This document shows positions 1 to 29,748 of a DNA stretch of 64,000 nucleotides, piece after piece. Position 1 is the stretch's first letter. Each line of letters starts with the position of its first letter. The notes beneath the pieces are model-generated. The model was not told the origin of the DNA, did no database searches, and saw nothing but the letters and a program-made list of their open reading frames with translations. The position numbers and the translations under genes are program-made. Origin of the DNA: Tubiluchus corallicola (taxonomy: Eukaryota > Animalia > Priapulida); NCBI GenBank assembly GCA_030141605.1, contig JAQGDQ010000143.1, positions 1-64,000 of the forward strand. The letters are read 5' to 3'.

Positions 1-41
1 AGCAATACGTAATCATGTACTTCGTTCAGTTACGTATTGCT
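1..41. other. Oxford Nanopore ligation-adapter remnant (technical sequence)
   Basis: 15-41 ATGTACTTCGTTCAGTTACGTATTGCT matches the ONT ligation Y-adapter top strand as I know it. 1-12 AGCAATACGTAA is the reverse complement of its 3' end. Confidence 0.93.
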
Positions 42-960
42 AACATTTATGGATTTATACAAGGCCGGTCATGCTTAACCAACCTGTTAACTTTTTTGGA
101 TGACACAAAAATTTATAGGGAGGTATAATCTGAGCATGAAACTAATGAGTTGCAAAGTGATTTAGACGAGTTATGCAGGACTGGAGTGCAGACTGGCAGA
201 TGATTTTTAATGTCGATAAATGCAAGGTCATGCACTCTGGATACAACAACCCTGTAAAGGATATTACAAGAATGGAGTACAGTTGGCATCCGTCGGACAA
301 GAAAAGGATTTGGGTGTGATAGAAACCGATGACTTGAAATCTGCAAGCTAGTGTCCTGAATGGTGAAGAGTGCTAATCAAACATTAGGAATGATAAAGAG
401 AAAGTTTGTATCTAGAGACATTACGACAATCATGAAATTGTACAAAAGCTTGGTAAGACCTAAATTAGAGTATTGTGTACAAGCATGGAATCCCCACTAT
501 AGAAAAGACGTTAAGCTTCTAAAGGTTGTGCGGCATAGGGCGACCAGCATGATTGAAGGTATGGAGGAAATGTCACATCAAGAGAGGCTTAGAAAATACT
601 CTTTACAACCTTAGAGTTGAGGAGACATAGAGGAGATTTGATACAAACGTATAAAATTATGCATGGGTTAGGTGGCATTCTAAGAGAAAAAATGTTTACA
701 CCATTAAGTGATGGCAGAACCAGGGGGCATTCTCTAAAAATTTTTAAATACACAGCTAAATTAGATTATATAAAATATTTTTTCACAGAAAGAGTGGTTA
801 AAGAGTGACATCAACTCCCATCTGAAATTGCTAAAGCTTTTTCAGTGAACAAGTTCAAGAACAAGCTGGATAGATATTTAGATACGAAATATGGGGTTAC
901 AATGAGCTTGCTCGATTAACTCTACCTCTCTTATATTTTAAGAGTGGCGGTATGCTATGG
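42..960 (+). mobile_element. CR1-type LINE, 3' RT fragment (inside the inverted duplicate)
   Basis: Motifs LYKSLVRPKLEYCVQAWNPH, RGDLIQTYKI and RTRGHSLKI; frameshifts and stops. Confidence 0.9.
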
Positions 961-1743
961 TAATCACGACCTAATCGACAAATTGACTGACGTCTACTGC
1001 CCTCGACAACAGAGGTCAATCAATACACTGCTTCCCCCACACAGGATGTAGATTATGTGGCTGTGAGTTTCCGCCCCTAACGAATTAGTATGCAAAATGT
1101 TTAAGGAGAATAAAGTAAGAACAAATAATAGATACGTAAATCAATTCCAAGGTTTTGCTATTACAAAATCTTATCTACTTAGTACTACTAGTGTGTACAC
1201 CAGACACCAAGACATAACCACCGCGTAAATCTCTAAGAAATTTTGAGTGTATTTCCAATCCAAAGTATTAAGACTAAAATTATAAATTAATCTTATCACC
1301 ATGTTCCTGTTGTAATGAATATATGTTCACAAAGATGCACAAAATACAAAACAGAAATACAAAATCCGACTTCAAGTAAAGCGCCATTTTCACAGCGTCC
1401 AATAGCGAGAGTCAGTGAAACTTGTAATTACATTTTTTTACCATCTATATATCATTTATTTTAATAACTGTATTTGATATCTGATTAAATACAAGTTTAA
1501 ATTAAACATGATAATTATACAAACTTGTATCTTTTTTACTTTTTTCCACTACTTAAAGCGTGGCGCATTATGTTTTTAACCGATTCGAGCATACTGTAGA
1601 ACGTTACTCAGCCTAGAATGTTGTGATTTTGGTAGATACATGATAGTGTATTTAATAAAAACCGTTATGTGGTTTATTATTAGCTTAATGTTTTTCATGT
1701 GATAACTATTTTGTGTTTCACTGTATTTATTTCTGTTTACAGT

Positions 1744-1987
1744 ATATTTTGGAACGGCACGGTGGTCCTGGTTCGTGATGCCAGGAAATCATCGAAATGC
1801 AGGTAACACAGCCAGATCACCACTTCATCCTCATGCAGGCTTGCACATGCTATCGGAAGCAGAAGAAAAAAGAATAGCAGCCTTGTTTAAAAAGTTAGAC
1901 GTCAATAAAGATGGGAGGATATGTGTTTCGGACCTTACAAAAGGCTTGCAAACGTTGGGAGTACCGCAGGTGGAAGGACAAGCAGAG
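1744..1987 (+). pseudogene. Duplicate SCaMC first coding exon (EF-hand 1) in the inverted copy; no downstream exons in this orientation
   Basis: LFKKLDVNKDGRICVSDL, tttacag acceptor and GAG|gtaatt donor; same protein as 12084-12293. Confidence 0.7.
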
Positions 1988-2414
1988 GTAATTACTGAAA
2001 GTAAAGTAGTGACCTATTAGTATTAAGTATTATTATTAACCTATTATATTAAACTCTTAATATACACCAGTATTAACGTATCAAGCTTGGCAATGTTTAT
2101 GTAACTACTATTCTAGGAATTTCCTCTGCTCTAGTATTATTTGACTACTTTTTGTATACTTTAGTATTATAAAAATATATTTTTTGCAAGTAGGTGTCAG
2201 TTCTCATTTGTTCATAATCAAATCAGATTATTTATTTTTCATCCCAATAACAATACAAAGAAAAATAGGTGTAAATTAAAAAACTAAACAAATGGGAAGG
2301 GGTGGCGAAGAACATTAGTTATCGAATCGGCTACCCCAAGCTCAGTATTAAATTAGTATTATGCAGTGCTGTAAATACATATTAATTGTATATAAACTGA
2401 AGTATACACATGCA

Positions 2415-2417
<3 letters not shown>

Positions 2418-2460
<43 letters not shown>
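2418..2460. repeat. (CA)n microsatellite
   Basis: Direct reading; its counterpart at ~11617-11660 is interrupted by CG units. Confidence 0.95.
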
Positions 2461-2464
<4 letters not shown>

Positions 2465-2821
2465 TATAAACCGTAAATTTACATAAGTACTACAGTAGTG
2501 ATAACAAAAATAATAGCTTACACACAATGCTTGATTAACATACAATTACCAGAAAGTTAGGGCCAATGTGTTCTTTAAACTATCAACCAGCACGGAAAAT
2601 TTAGTCAAGATGACTAAAAATAAGAAGAATGGCAATTAACATCTTTTGATATTGTATACTTTGGTATGGCTCTGCAAAATACTAAATTAAGTCGAATATT
2701 GTAGCTTAGATTACACTTTTATTACACAAAAAAAAGTTCTGCCCGAAATTAAACAAAAATAACCGGACATATGTGCATGCAATATGGTCATATATACATA
2801 GTAACAAACTTCAGAAGTTAC

Positions 2822-5800
2822 CTTTGTATGTCTCCAAAAATTGAAAACATCTTGTAAGTCGTCAACTTGCTGAAACAACAGGTATTCTCGCCACTCATTC
2901 CAATCTATTGTAAATGAGCCGTCCCTGTCCATTCTGCAACAACAACCGAGACTTTTATTACACGTGATAAAAATTTGTATGCTGCTTAATACCATTTACT
3001 GGTTACAGAAATATTTTAAAATTACTTTGTATTATGATGTGCTGTGCTTATTTATAATAAAAACATACTAACATTTCAAGAGAGAGGGAGCGAGAGAGAG
3101 AGAGAGATGATCAAACAAAACTAGCGAAATTTAACAAAATTCAGTCATAGTAAAAAAAAATAGAGAGCCATGGCAGTACCATAATACTTTAGTTTGACAC
3201 TGACTTAAATACAGTCAAAACAAAATTAGTTTTAACACAAACATAAATGTAGTCTGCCTTGTGAGTGCAAGTGATATCAATTTCTTAATTCATAGTAGAT
3301 GGCAGGACATGTCAAATAATCAAAACAGTGCTTATCATATAAAATATTCAATTTATAAAATTGATAAAGTATAATTATTTAATCCTTTCAAAAATGATGG
3401 CTTTGCATATATTAACACGAGTTTAATCAGTTAAAAGGTGCAATTTTTTAAAAATATAAAGGTTCTTTAATTCTTTTTAAAAGAATAAAACATAAATATT
3501 TTTAGTTCTTTTTCATATAGTACTGTATTTCCTGACACAAAAGAGAAATAAAAATACCTGTAGAAGCAAATGCTTGGCTTGCAAAAGCAAATAAAAATAG
3601 AAGAAAAAAGTTGCAAAAATTGCAGGTTTTCTGATAACGGTTACAGAGAAAAAAACATGTGTGAAAGCCATTATGTGTGTAAAGATGCTGAATCCCAATG
3701 GCTAAACAATTTAGTGACTTTAGTCAATGGCATAATTACAACCCTATTATTGATTTGACTGCTGAGTATTACACACAGGACATTTTACTAGCCAAATTAA
3801 CAGGTACAGTGTTGCTCGCAATTGACTGTAGTCCTCAAGTGCATCTGCAGCAAAATGTGAAGCATTAATTAGAGGGAATCTGCCGTAATTTATCTGCTTA
3901 TTAAAATGCGCCAGGATTAACATGAACTACAATACATATGCTATACATTGCTATGAGATGTCAAGCTCCACTGTCAATTTTAGAACAAACTTGAAATGAT
4001 TATTCAATTAGTGACTTTGACTCTGACATGAAACCTTGTGGTTTCTGCAGTTTTCTTTAGCTTATTTTGTTTAGAGCCAATAACTAAATAATATCCAATT
4101 CCTTAGAACACTTCTGAAGTGCTCTTCAGGGACAAAACAGTACTGTAAAGGACAAATAGTAGTTTTTTTCTTCACAAGTGGTAAAAATTGCGATTATGTT
4201 AAAAATTGATCAAAATGTAAAATGTGATACAGCAATTGCATACAGAGAATTTTACATTCCATTAGACTGCAGTCCACACTACACAATATGACACCCGCAA
4301 CATTAATGGCAGTCTAAGTTCTTGACTTTTTAACTTAGATAATGCATTCTGTTGTCATGGTCGTTATGTTGCTGTTATCTACAATGAACACAACTAACAA
4401 CATGAAGAAATCTAAAGCTTGTTAAGATCTACAATTCTACATCCATGAACAAGAGCTTTCATACCGTTTCAGAAGCTTGTTTGCCTCAGTTTCATCGATC
4501 TTGATACCGAGAGCTTTAAATGCATTCATTATTTCAACAGCATCTATTTTTCCTGAAGTTAGAAAGAAACACAATTGAAGGCTTTATCTTACACACTGTC
4601 ACAAACTAAGAATTGTGGAATTATAACTTTTGAAGCTGTTATGGCACTCTAGATAAAGAGGGTAAACAAAATATAATGGTCGCACGCAATCCTGACATAA
4701 ATAAAAGAAATTTACGTAAACAAACTAACAGACATACACACAAATACAAATATGGTTAACAAATTATTGTTAGTTTGATCTCTATTGCTTAACCGCCTTT
4801 ACCTTCAAAAAGCAAAAAAAAACACCCACATTAATCAATCAATCAATCAAATCAATCAATTTATTTCACAATGACTGTCATTGACTGTCAAGCTTTAATT
4901 TTCCAGTTCAGCTGCATACTAATTTTGGTTAAGAACAAAGCATAGACTCTTTACATAATTAACAGACTATCAAACAGCATTGTTATGTGCATTATTTCTG
5001 CAAAGAGACTCAAAGTAAACTAGTGCACTATCATAAGATGTCACTTAGAATTAGCCACATTGGCTTTTATGCGGATAAATATAAATTTTGCTTATTTTTT
5101 ATTTTCTACATAAGTCTAATATTTTCTGCAGCATTAAAAAAACTGTCTTTGGTAATGAGGTAGATTTAAGTGCTGACGTCACCACAGGCACTGGTAGGCA
5201 CAGGCTGCAATGTGACGAATTACGTACATGCAAGAGATGTAAAATACTCTAATGCAGTAATGTAGTGCAAATTTAATATTTCATGCCACTCACACCAAAT
5301 AATGTCGAACATATTTATATAACAGAGACATTTATGTGGAATATCTAATATAGTAGTCAACTTTTGTTGTCTCATAGTATTTCTCCCCCTTCCAACTGAA
5401 TTATTTCTCTCCTCTCTTCAATTACTCTTTTAGTAGCATTAGCCTGACGTGCAAAATTCTTAATATCTTTCAATGTAGCATGTATTTCACTTGCTGTAAA
5501 ATCCACTCATTGCACAAGGTGCTCCAAAAGAAACATTGGAGTGGAGAAATACTGGTATGCGGATCAAACCACAAAGAAATGTGGCTGAGTGTTCAGACAT
5601 ACTACAATAATGATGGGATGAGTAGTCAGTATCGGTATTGGGAATCAGAAAAATTGAGCAATTTTCATTAATCAAGAATCGGAATTGAGAGAAAATTACC
5701 AGACTCTTAAAATGATTCTTTAACATTAAAAACAAACAGTAATTAATAGAGCCTAATAGAATTAACAAATAACCAGTGTTGTCAGGTTTAGCATTTTTTG

Positions 5801-8800
5801 AAGATACTTAGATACATAAGGATACTTTGGAGATCACTAGATGTATAAGACTCCAAGTACTACCGAAGACTATGGCGTATTTTATTATCTTGGTACAATC
5901 TTGAATATTACATGAAAATGATCTACTTCTACGGAAGACGACTTTCAAGATCTCTCAAGACCTCTCGTCACAAAATTCCTAAATGCCAACAGTTTGTTTG
6001 TAGTGCTTGTTTACTGGTGTTTCCCATAGTCACATCCTGGGCATTCATACATGTAGAACAGCTGCTTATATATCCAGGTTTGCCTCTGCTTTCTGATCAG
6101 TTGCAGTCTCTACCAGACAATCGTTTCCCTAAAATCTACAACCTGATTCAAATAAAAAAAAATCAAAGATACTTCCTAACACTATGTTGACATGCTCATA
6201 ATGTAAATTATTAATTTTTCAAACTAAAATCTGAAACTTGACAGTAAAACATCTATCCAACAATGTTTTTGAAAGAATCATAATTGAGGCTTTTTAGTAG
6301 AATCGGATTCAGTATTGGAATCGTTAAAAATTTTGGTATAGTCCCATCACTTACTGTAGTAACTTGGCTTTCGTACATATTAAATTCCCATAATAAGTAT
6401 GATTACTCTTACCAGACATTTAGTGTGTATAATATTGATGTGGCTACAGCACTTATGAGTGCACTGTTTTTTGGAACACCCTGCATATTCATCATTTTTT
6501 GTGTAATTACAAGGCACAGAAGTCATATAAGCCCTTATTATGTGCTAATCAATTGTTTTATTATGAATACAGAAAGTATATAGCAAATCACAGCAGACGT
6601 AATAAATCTTGAAAGTCAAAGAAAGCAAAAAAATTCTGGTGATCTTTAAAAAATGCTGTCCGCAGTTAAAAATACTGTTTAAACTCGCCTAGTATCTTAC
6701 AAAAACGAAAAGTTAATTTTAACATAAAGCAAACAGAAATGGTCTAGGAGTTAGCGAAAGTTGAACACCAGCTGGTTTCAGTAAGACTGTTACGTCGAGA
6801 AATGGTTCTCAATTAATGGAAGCTTGCTGGGCATGTTAAAGTAAATAGCATGAAGCCAGGAAAGCACACACTGTTTTATAGCTCTACTACCAGTCTTGGG
6901 CTTCGTTTAATTTATACTACAAGTCATCATGGTATTTTATAACAGACCCACCCGCTGGTTTAAACAATGAGTCCATAAATTCTTTGCTTTATACAATGTA
7001 CAGCATAAACTGCCTGAGTAAACTACTGTTAATATACAATATACAGTAGCTTTGATAATTAAATACTGATAGAAGTTTTTTTATGCCTAAATTATTTACT
7101 CATACACTCACATATTAATTATTGGCATTATACAACAATGTAATTAATATCATATTAATATTAATAATATAATATAGACTAGTATAGTATAGTATAGTAT
7201 AGTATAGTATAGTATAGTATAGTATAGTATAGTATAGTACAGTACAGTACAGTACAGTACAGTACAGTACAGTACAGTACAGTACAGTACAGTACAGTAC
7301 AGTACAGTACAGTACAGTACAGTATAGTATACAATATAACATAATATAATATATAATGCAATGCAATGCAACACAACACACTATAATTATAATAATTTAA
7401 TTTTGCTGTAAATATTTATTAATTAAGTTCAACACTAATCTTATTTTTTATGATTAATTACCACATTTGAATGCTAGTGGCTAAAATATGTTGATGACCT
7501 GAGTCCAGTTTCACAAAGCCATCAATAAATTAAAGAGGTAGTTGTTAACAGTCTAGTGATTGTAAAAAGGACGTCATTAACTTAGTGATAGCTTTGTAAA
7601 GCGGGCTCCAAGGTTGGCCCCACCAATGAGTTATTTTAAGCAACTTTAAACTTAAGCTTAAACTTTAAACTTAACATTTCTGTTCAATGCAAAGATGTGG
7701 TCATGATCACCAGAAAGGCCATCATAAAATTTAATTAGAAAAAGAGGTTTAATCTGAAGTTAATACAAAACATATTTACACAATTATTACTTATTTCCCA
7801 GGCAAAAAAGGCACATTTGTGGCATTCAAACAAATTCCTAAAACCTTTAATTTCATATGGTTTCCATAGTTTACAACTTGTACTGCACATGTGTAGAACT
7901 GGCACACCTTCATACACAACATAAACAAACCCTCTAGTAGAAAGTATGTTAATAGCACTCTAGTAAATTTACTGTAATCAGAGTTTTACTCTCAGGTACA
8001 CAAATAAGGTCAAGGTGTAGTCACGGATGATAATCAGCAGTTATCTGATCAGTTCACACTGACAGAAAGTGCTGAGCTTAAAGATACAGCGGACAATGCT
8101 CGCATCCTAAAAAAACCTTAGCCTGTTTTTTACAAAAAAATTATATGGAAATTGCATCATATCAGTAAAAAACTAAAAAGTGCACACTACCATACTGATT
8201 TACATTAATTTCACTAATTCTGATCTCCACTGCCTTCAAAGCCAGCATCCTAAACCATAACAATAAATCATATAAGCTGATTATTTTATAAAACAAAAAT
8301 GTTTTTGTACACAATCATTGTTACTGCCAAGCAGATTAAACTGCAGAAATTTTTACTTTGTTGCATTTTAGCAATTTGAAATCACTCCAAGATGTTGAGC
8401 AGCACATGTATGATACGATGCTGTAATGTTTTGCTAATAAATTTCTTAAACTTATCACAGCTGGAGTTCATACAATTATTTTTTACAGGTTATTAATTAC
8501 ATCAAAAATATTTTCTATCCATCATTACTTCTTAAGTGTGTATAAGACCATAGGCCTAGGGTCGTTTAAAACTATGCTAGAAAAAACTCACTTTCAAAAC
8601 ACTACAAAAATGTTTTTCTTTTAGACTTTTACTACATAAACAGCATAACAATTTAATAACTACGTGTTCATTACGTTAAACAATATTAGAGTCTAGTATA
8701 AACCTGTACATTATAAAACTCTAAAACTTACCATCTTTATTACGATCCACTTCCTTGAAATGTAATAAAAGCTGCTTTTCGTGTTCTACAATGTACTGCA

Positions 8801-11800
8801 CAAACTCGGCAAAATCTATTCCACCATCCTTAGCAAGATCTGCATCTTTAACCATTTTCTATAAAAAACATTTGATTAGTTCAATAGGACAGTTAAATAA
8901 AACTTAGTGAACAAGGTGTCTACAAAATACGTCATGATTTTGAAAATTTACTATAAATCTGTAGAACTAAAATAGAAATTTAACCATTACAGTGCTCGGA
9001 TAAAATATGTACTGCCTTGCTCTGACCACTTCTGCTTGTGCTGCAGAAAGCACATCCAGACAGCGCTCAATTTCAGTCACATTTACTGAAAATATATCTT
9101 CAACAATGTCACTGGAATTAGTTATTATTGATAATGTACCACATCTGTGCTTGAAAATGATATTTTTAGCATAGTCTCATAAACTAAATGTGGTGGCAAG
9201 GTTATCAGACCATCTTTTCGGATTCTCAGGCATAGAAATGTTTCATATATAGAAATTCACAAATTTGGCATTTACACTGAGGATGTGTTCAGTCCTGCTA
9301 GAAGATGTTGGACGATTAAAGGTCTTCCAACCACGGTATCAAAAAATTGGTCAAAACAATGTTTCTCAAGTTAGCATTTCCAATGTAAGAATACATGTAC
9401 AAAACTGGCCATTGTTGGATGGCACGGATGCACACTGAAAACCACCATTGTTGCTATAGTCACCTTGAAAAACCACTTATGATGATGCTAACCTCAAACA
9501 AATATTTATCCCGCCAAACTTCACACACACTTTTTTGACATATATGCCTTTCATACTTTTTACATGATAAAATGTTTGACTATGTTTTTTTAATGCAGCT
9601 GTTTCTTTCCAGTATATTCTGCTTGATGTCTATGAAATGTTAATGAAGATGCCATAAAATAAATAAATCTTTCTGACTTGATGCTAGATACAGTACAGGT
9701 AAATTTATACAATATATATTGCATGATATACACTGCATGCAAAGGTCTAAAATGGTTTAAGATATCTTTTAAAGTAATACAATTTAGTTGATTAATGCAT
9801 TTACAATTTTTTAGGATTTTGCATGTTGTTTGATTTTTTTACATAATTATTGTAAACTGATAATTTATACTGCATGATGAAATGTTTTCTATATTTTTGT
9901 TTTATATAGAAATATATATCTGCTGATATAATGATATATATATTACTGACTATATCCATAGCTTAATACTGAATGAGCATCTAGACTGGCGACCACATAT
10001 ATTCATGATCAGATTAAAAATATCAAAAAATATAGGTATCATTTCATATATTAAAAACTTTCTGAACACCGAACATCTTCTAACATTATACAACAGTTTA
10101 ATATTATCATATTTAAATTACTGCACAACATTATGGGGCTTTACTTATACTACAAATTTAGAATGCTTAAGAGTTTTACAACGAAAATTTTTACGTGTCA
10201 TCTTCAAACTAGACAAAAGGAGCACAATTACTACTACACATTTTAAGCAATGTCAAATATTACTTCTGGATGATGTTATTAATTTTAATGGATGTATATA
10301 CATGTATAGAACAAACAACAACTTATTTCCAACTTTTTTTGAAAATCCAGTCAAGATAAATGTAAAAAAATACAATACCAGACATAATGAATATATACCA
10401 AGACGTTGTAGAACAAATATGGCGAAACACTTCATTAGCTATATGGGACCAGTCCTATGGAACAGACTAAGCCGCAATTCGAAATGTAGTCACTCCCTTT
10501 TAACTTTTAAAAAAACCGTCAGAAAAGAAATATTTCAAAAGTATTAAGAGTAACACAATTTTAGGCTCAAACTGTATACACCAAAAAATTATTCTGTAAT
10601 GAAATTTGCACATTATGGTCTATATATAAGTAACTGTGGTAAATACAGTTGTATTTTATATATTATATATGAAGTGTATTTATGTGTGTAAAATGTATTG
10701 AGAATAAAATTTGAATTTGAATTTGAAAATTTGAAAAAAAAGAAATGAAACAGTTTTCGCAAGCAGTAAGAAGTAATTGTATACATATGCTACATCAACA
10801 ACTTTGCAAAACTGTATTGTCGCAATCAGCTTAACGCTTAAGTAAGAAGAAGTAAATTCGTTTTGGCACATTTGAGTGTGCCGCCTCTTTTGCACATTGC
10901 TCCGTTTGGTTGCTATGGCTTGTTAATATTATTAAAATTTTAATGCAAATCTAATCCCTACATCTTGTCATTCACCATTGTTTCTCATCATATCATTACA
11001 CTTATTACCTTACAGGCTTTCCTTCCTTTTATCTTGAAACTTTGTTATTCCATTTTGCCTATTCGGCTCAGACCTTACAAGTTCATCTTCTGATCTGAGC
11101 CGATAATTGACTGCGCTGAATTAATCAATCGTTTGGCTATATTTCATCTATTATTTTTATGTTATTTTCAAATTGTGAATTTTTGTGTAAGATATTGTTA
11201 AATTGTACTTGGCTTTTGGAATAAATAAATTATATTATATATATATTATATTGGGATACTGATTATGTGTGACTTTTTCTTTTACGATCATTTGAGCATT
11301 AAAGTGTATGTTATATTATTTTCTCTAAGTTTATTGAGTCATTAATTAACTGATCCGTAGCATGATTTGCACGATATCATAAACAGTTATATTTTCTTAT
11401 TTTTCTCAACTTGAAATAAATTATTAATATTTAAGTCAAAAATTATAGTGACAATTTTATTAGTTTCTGGAAAATTTTATTTTCGTTCTCTAGTTAAAAA
11501 TTGGAAAATTTTATGTATAGAAAAACACGTGCAAATGAAGTACATAATTTAATGAAATAATTTTTTTCTTTTTTAATATTACTGTAGTACTTATGTAAAT
11601 TTACGGTTTATATGTATGTGTGTGTGTGTGTGTGTGTGTGCGTGCGTGTGTGTGTGTGCGCGTGCATGTGTATACTTCAGTTTATATACAATTAATATGT
11701 ATTTACAGCACTGCATAATACTAATTTAATACTGAGCTTGGGGTAGCCGATTCGATAACTAATGTTCTTCGCCACCCCTTCCCATTTGTTTAGTTTTTTA

Positions 11801-12293
11801 ATTTACACCTATTTTTCTTTGTATTGTTATTGGGATGAAAAATAAATAATCTGATTTGATTATGAACAAATGAGAACTGACACCTACTTGCAAAAAATAT
11901 ATTTTTATAATACTAAAGTATACAAAAAGTAGTCAAATAATACTAGAGCAGAGGAAATTCCTAGAATAGTAGTTACATAAACATTGCCAAGCTTGATACG
12001 TTAATACTGGTGTATATTAAGAGTTTAATATAATAGGTTAATAATAATACTTAATAGGTCACTACTTTACTTTCAGTAATTACCTCAGCTTGTCCTTCCA
12101 CCTGCGGTACTCCCAACGTTTGCAAGCCTTTTGTAAGGTCCGAAACACATATCCTCCCATCTTTATTGACGTCTAACTTTTTAAACAAGGCTGCTATTCT
12201 TTTTTCTTCTGCTTCCGATAGCATGTGCAAGCCTGCATGAGGATGAAGTGGTGATCTGGCTGTGTTACCTGCATTTCGATGATTTCCTGGCAT
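2822..12293 (-). CDS. Calcium-binding mitochondrial carrier (SCaMC, SLC25A23/24/25 family), 5' part only (four EF-hands)
   Basis: Coding exons 12293-12084, 8858-8732 (KMVKDADLAKDGGIDFAEFVQYIVEHEKQLLLHFKEVDRNKDG), 4552-4465 (KIDAVEIMNAFKALGIKIDETEANKLLKR) and 2933-2822 (MDRDGSFTIDWNEWREYLLF...FWRHTK). All are GT-AG with compatible phases. DWNEWR..L and FWRH are typical of SCaMC. Carrier-domain exons are not in the window. Confidence 0.92.
7180..7375. repeat. Compound pentanucleotide microsatellite (AGTAT)n(AGTAC)n
   Basis: Direct reading; source of the YCTVL/YYTIL ORFs. Confidence 0.97.
9965..11250 (+). mobile_element. 3' end of a non-LTR retrotransposon (L2/Crack/Daphne-like RT C-terminus, 3' UTR and tail)
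   Basis: ORF 10005-10547 LYNSLILSYLNYCTTLWG...LQRKFLRVI...ISYMGPVLWNRL. Perfect 10-bp stem TCGGCTCAGA (11063-11072)/TCTGAGCCGA (11094-11103). AATAAATAAA plus a (TTATA)-like tail near 11220. Confidence 0.8.
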
Positions 12294-12439
12294 CACGAAC
12301 CAGGACCACCGTGCCGTTCCAAAATATACTGTAAACAGAAATAAATACAGTGAAACACAAAATAGTTATCACATGAAAAACATTAAGCTAATAATAAACC
12401 ACATAACGGTTTTTATTAAATACACTATCATGTATCTAC

Positions 12440-12684
12440 CAAAATCACAACATTCTAGGCTGAGTAACGTTCTACAGTATGCTCGAATCGGTTAAAAACA
12501 TAATGCGCCACGCTTTAAGTAGTGGAAAAAAGTAAAAAAAGATACAAGTTTGTATAATTATCATGTTTAATTTAAACTTGTACTTAATCAGATATCAAAT
12601 ACAGTTATTAAAATAAATGATATATAGATGGTAAAAAAATGTAATTACAAGTTTCACTGACTCTCGCTATTGGACGCTGTGAAA

Positions 12685-12690
<6 letters not shown>
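12440..12690. promoter_or_regulatory. Bidirectional promoter between SCaMC (minus) and the GBP-like gene (plus)
   Basis: Local CpG-retaining patches (~12480-12515, ~12660-12705), ATTGG (CCAAT box) at ~12669 and AAAATGGCG (YY1-like) over the plus-strand ATG. The SCaMC coding exon has an acceptor at 12329-12330, which implies a non-coding exon just upstream (candidate ~12440-12510). Confidence 0.6.

Positions 12691-29748
<17,058 letters not shown>

Larger units (their letters stand above)
42..2497. repeat. Inverted near-identical copy of 11580-14017 (CR1 fragment, GBP-like exon 1, bidirectional promoter, SCaMC first coding exon)
   Basis: Mirror ORFs: 113-346/13717-13950, 360-614/13449-13703, 1775-2020/12051-12296. 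Homology ends at TACAGTA (2497 vs 11580) and runs up to the adapter at 42. A few substitutions and small indels separate the copies. Confidence 0.95.

Noticed and set aside
1-41. Terminal hairpin suggesting a hairpin telomere or transposon end
   Set aside because: It matches Nanopore adapter sequence.
7115-7381. ORFs with YCTVL/YYTIL repeats; CRISPR-like periodicity
   Set aside because: Pure 5-bp microsatellite with no spacers.
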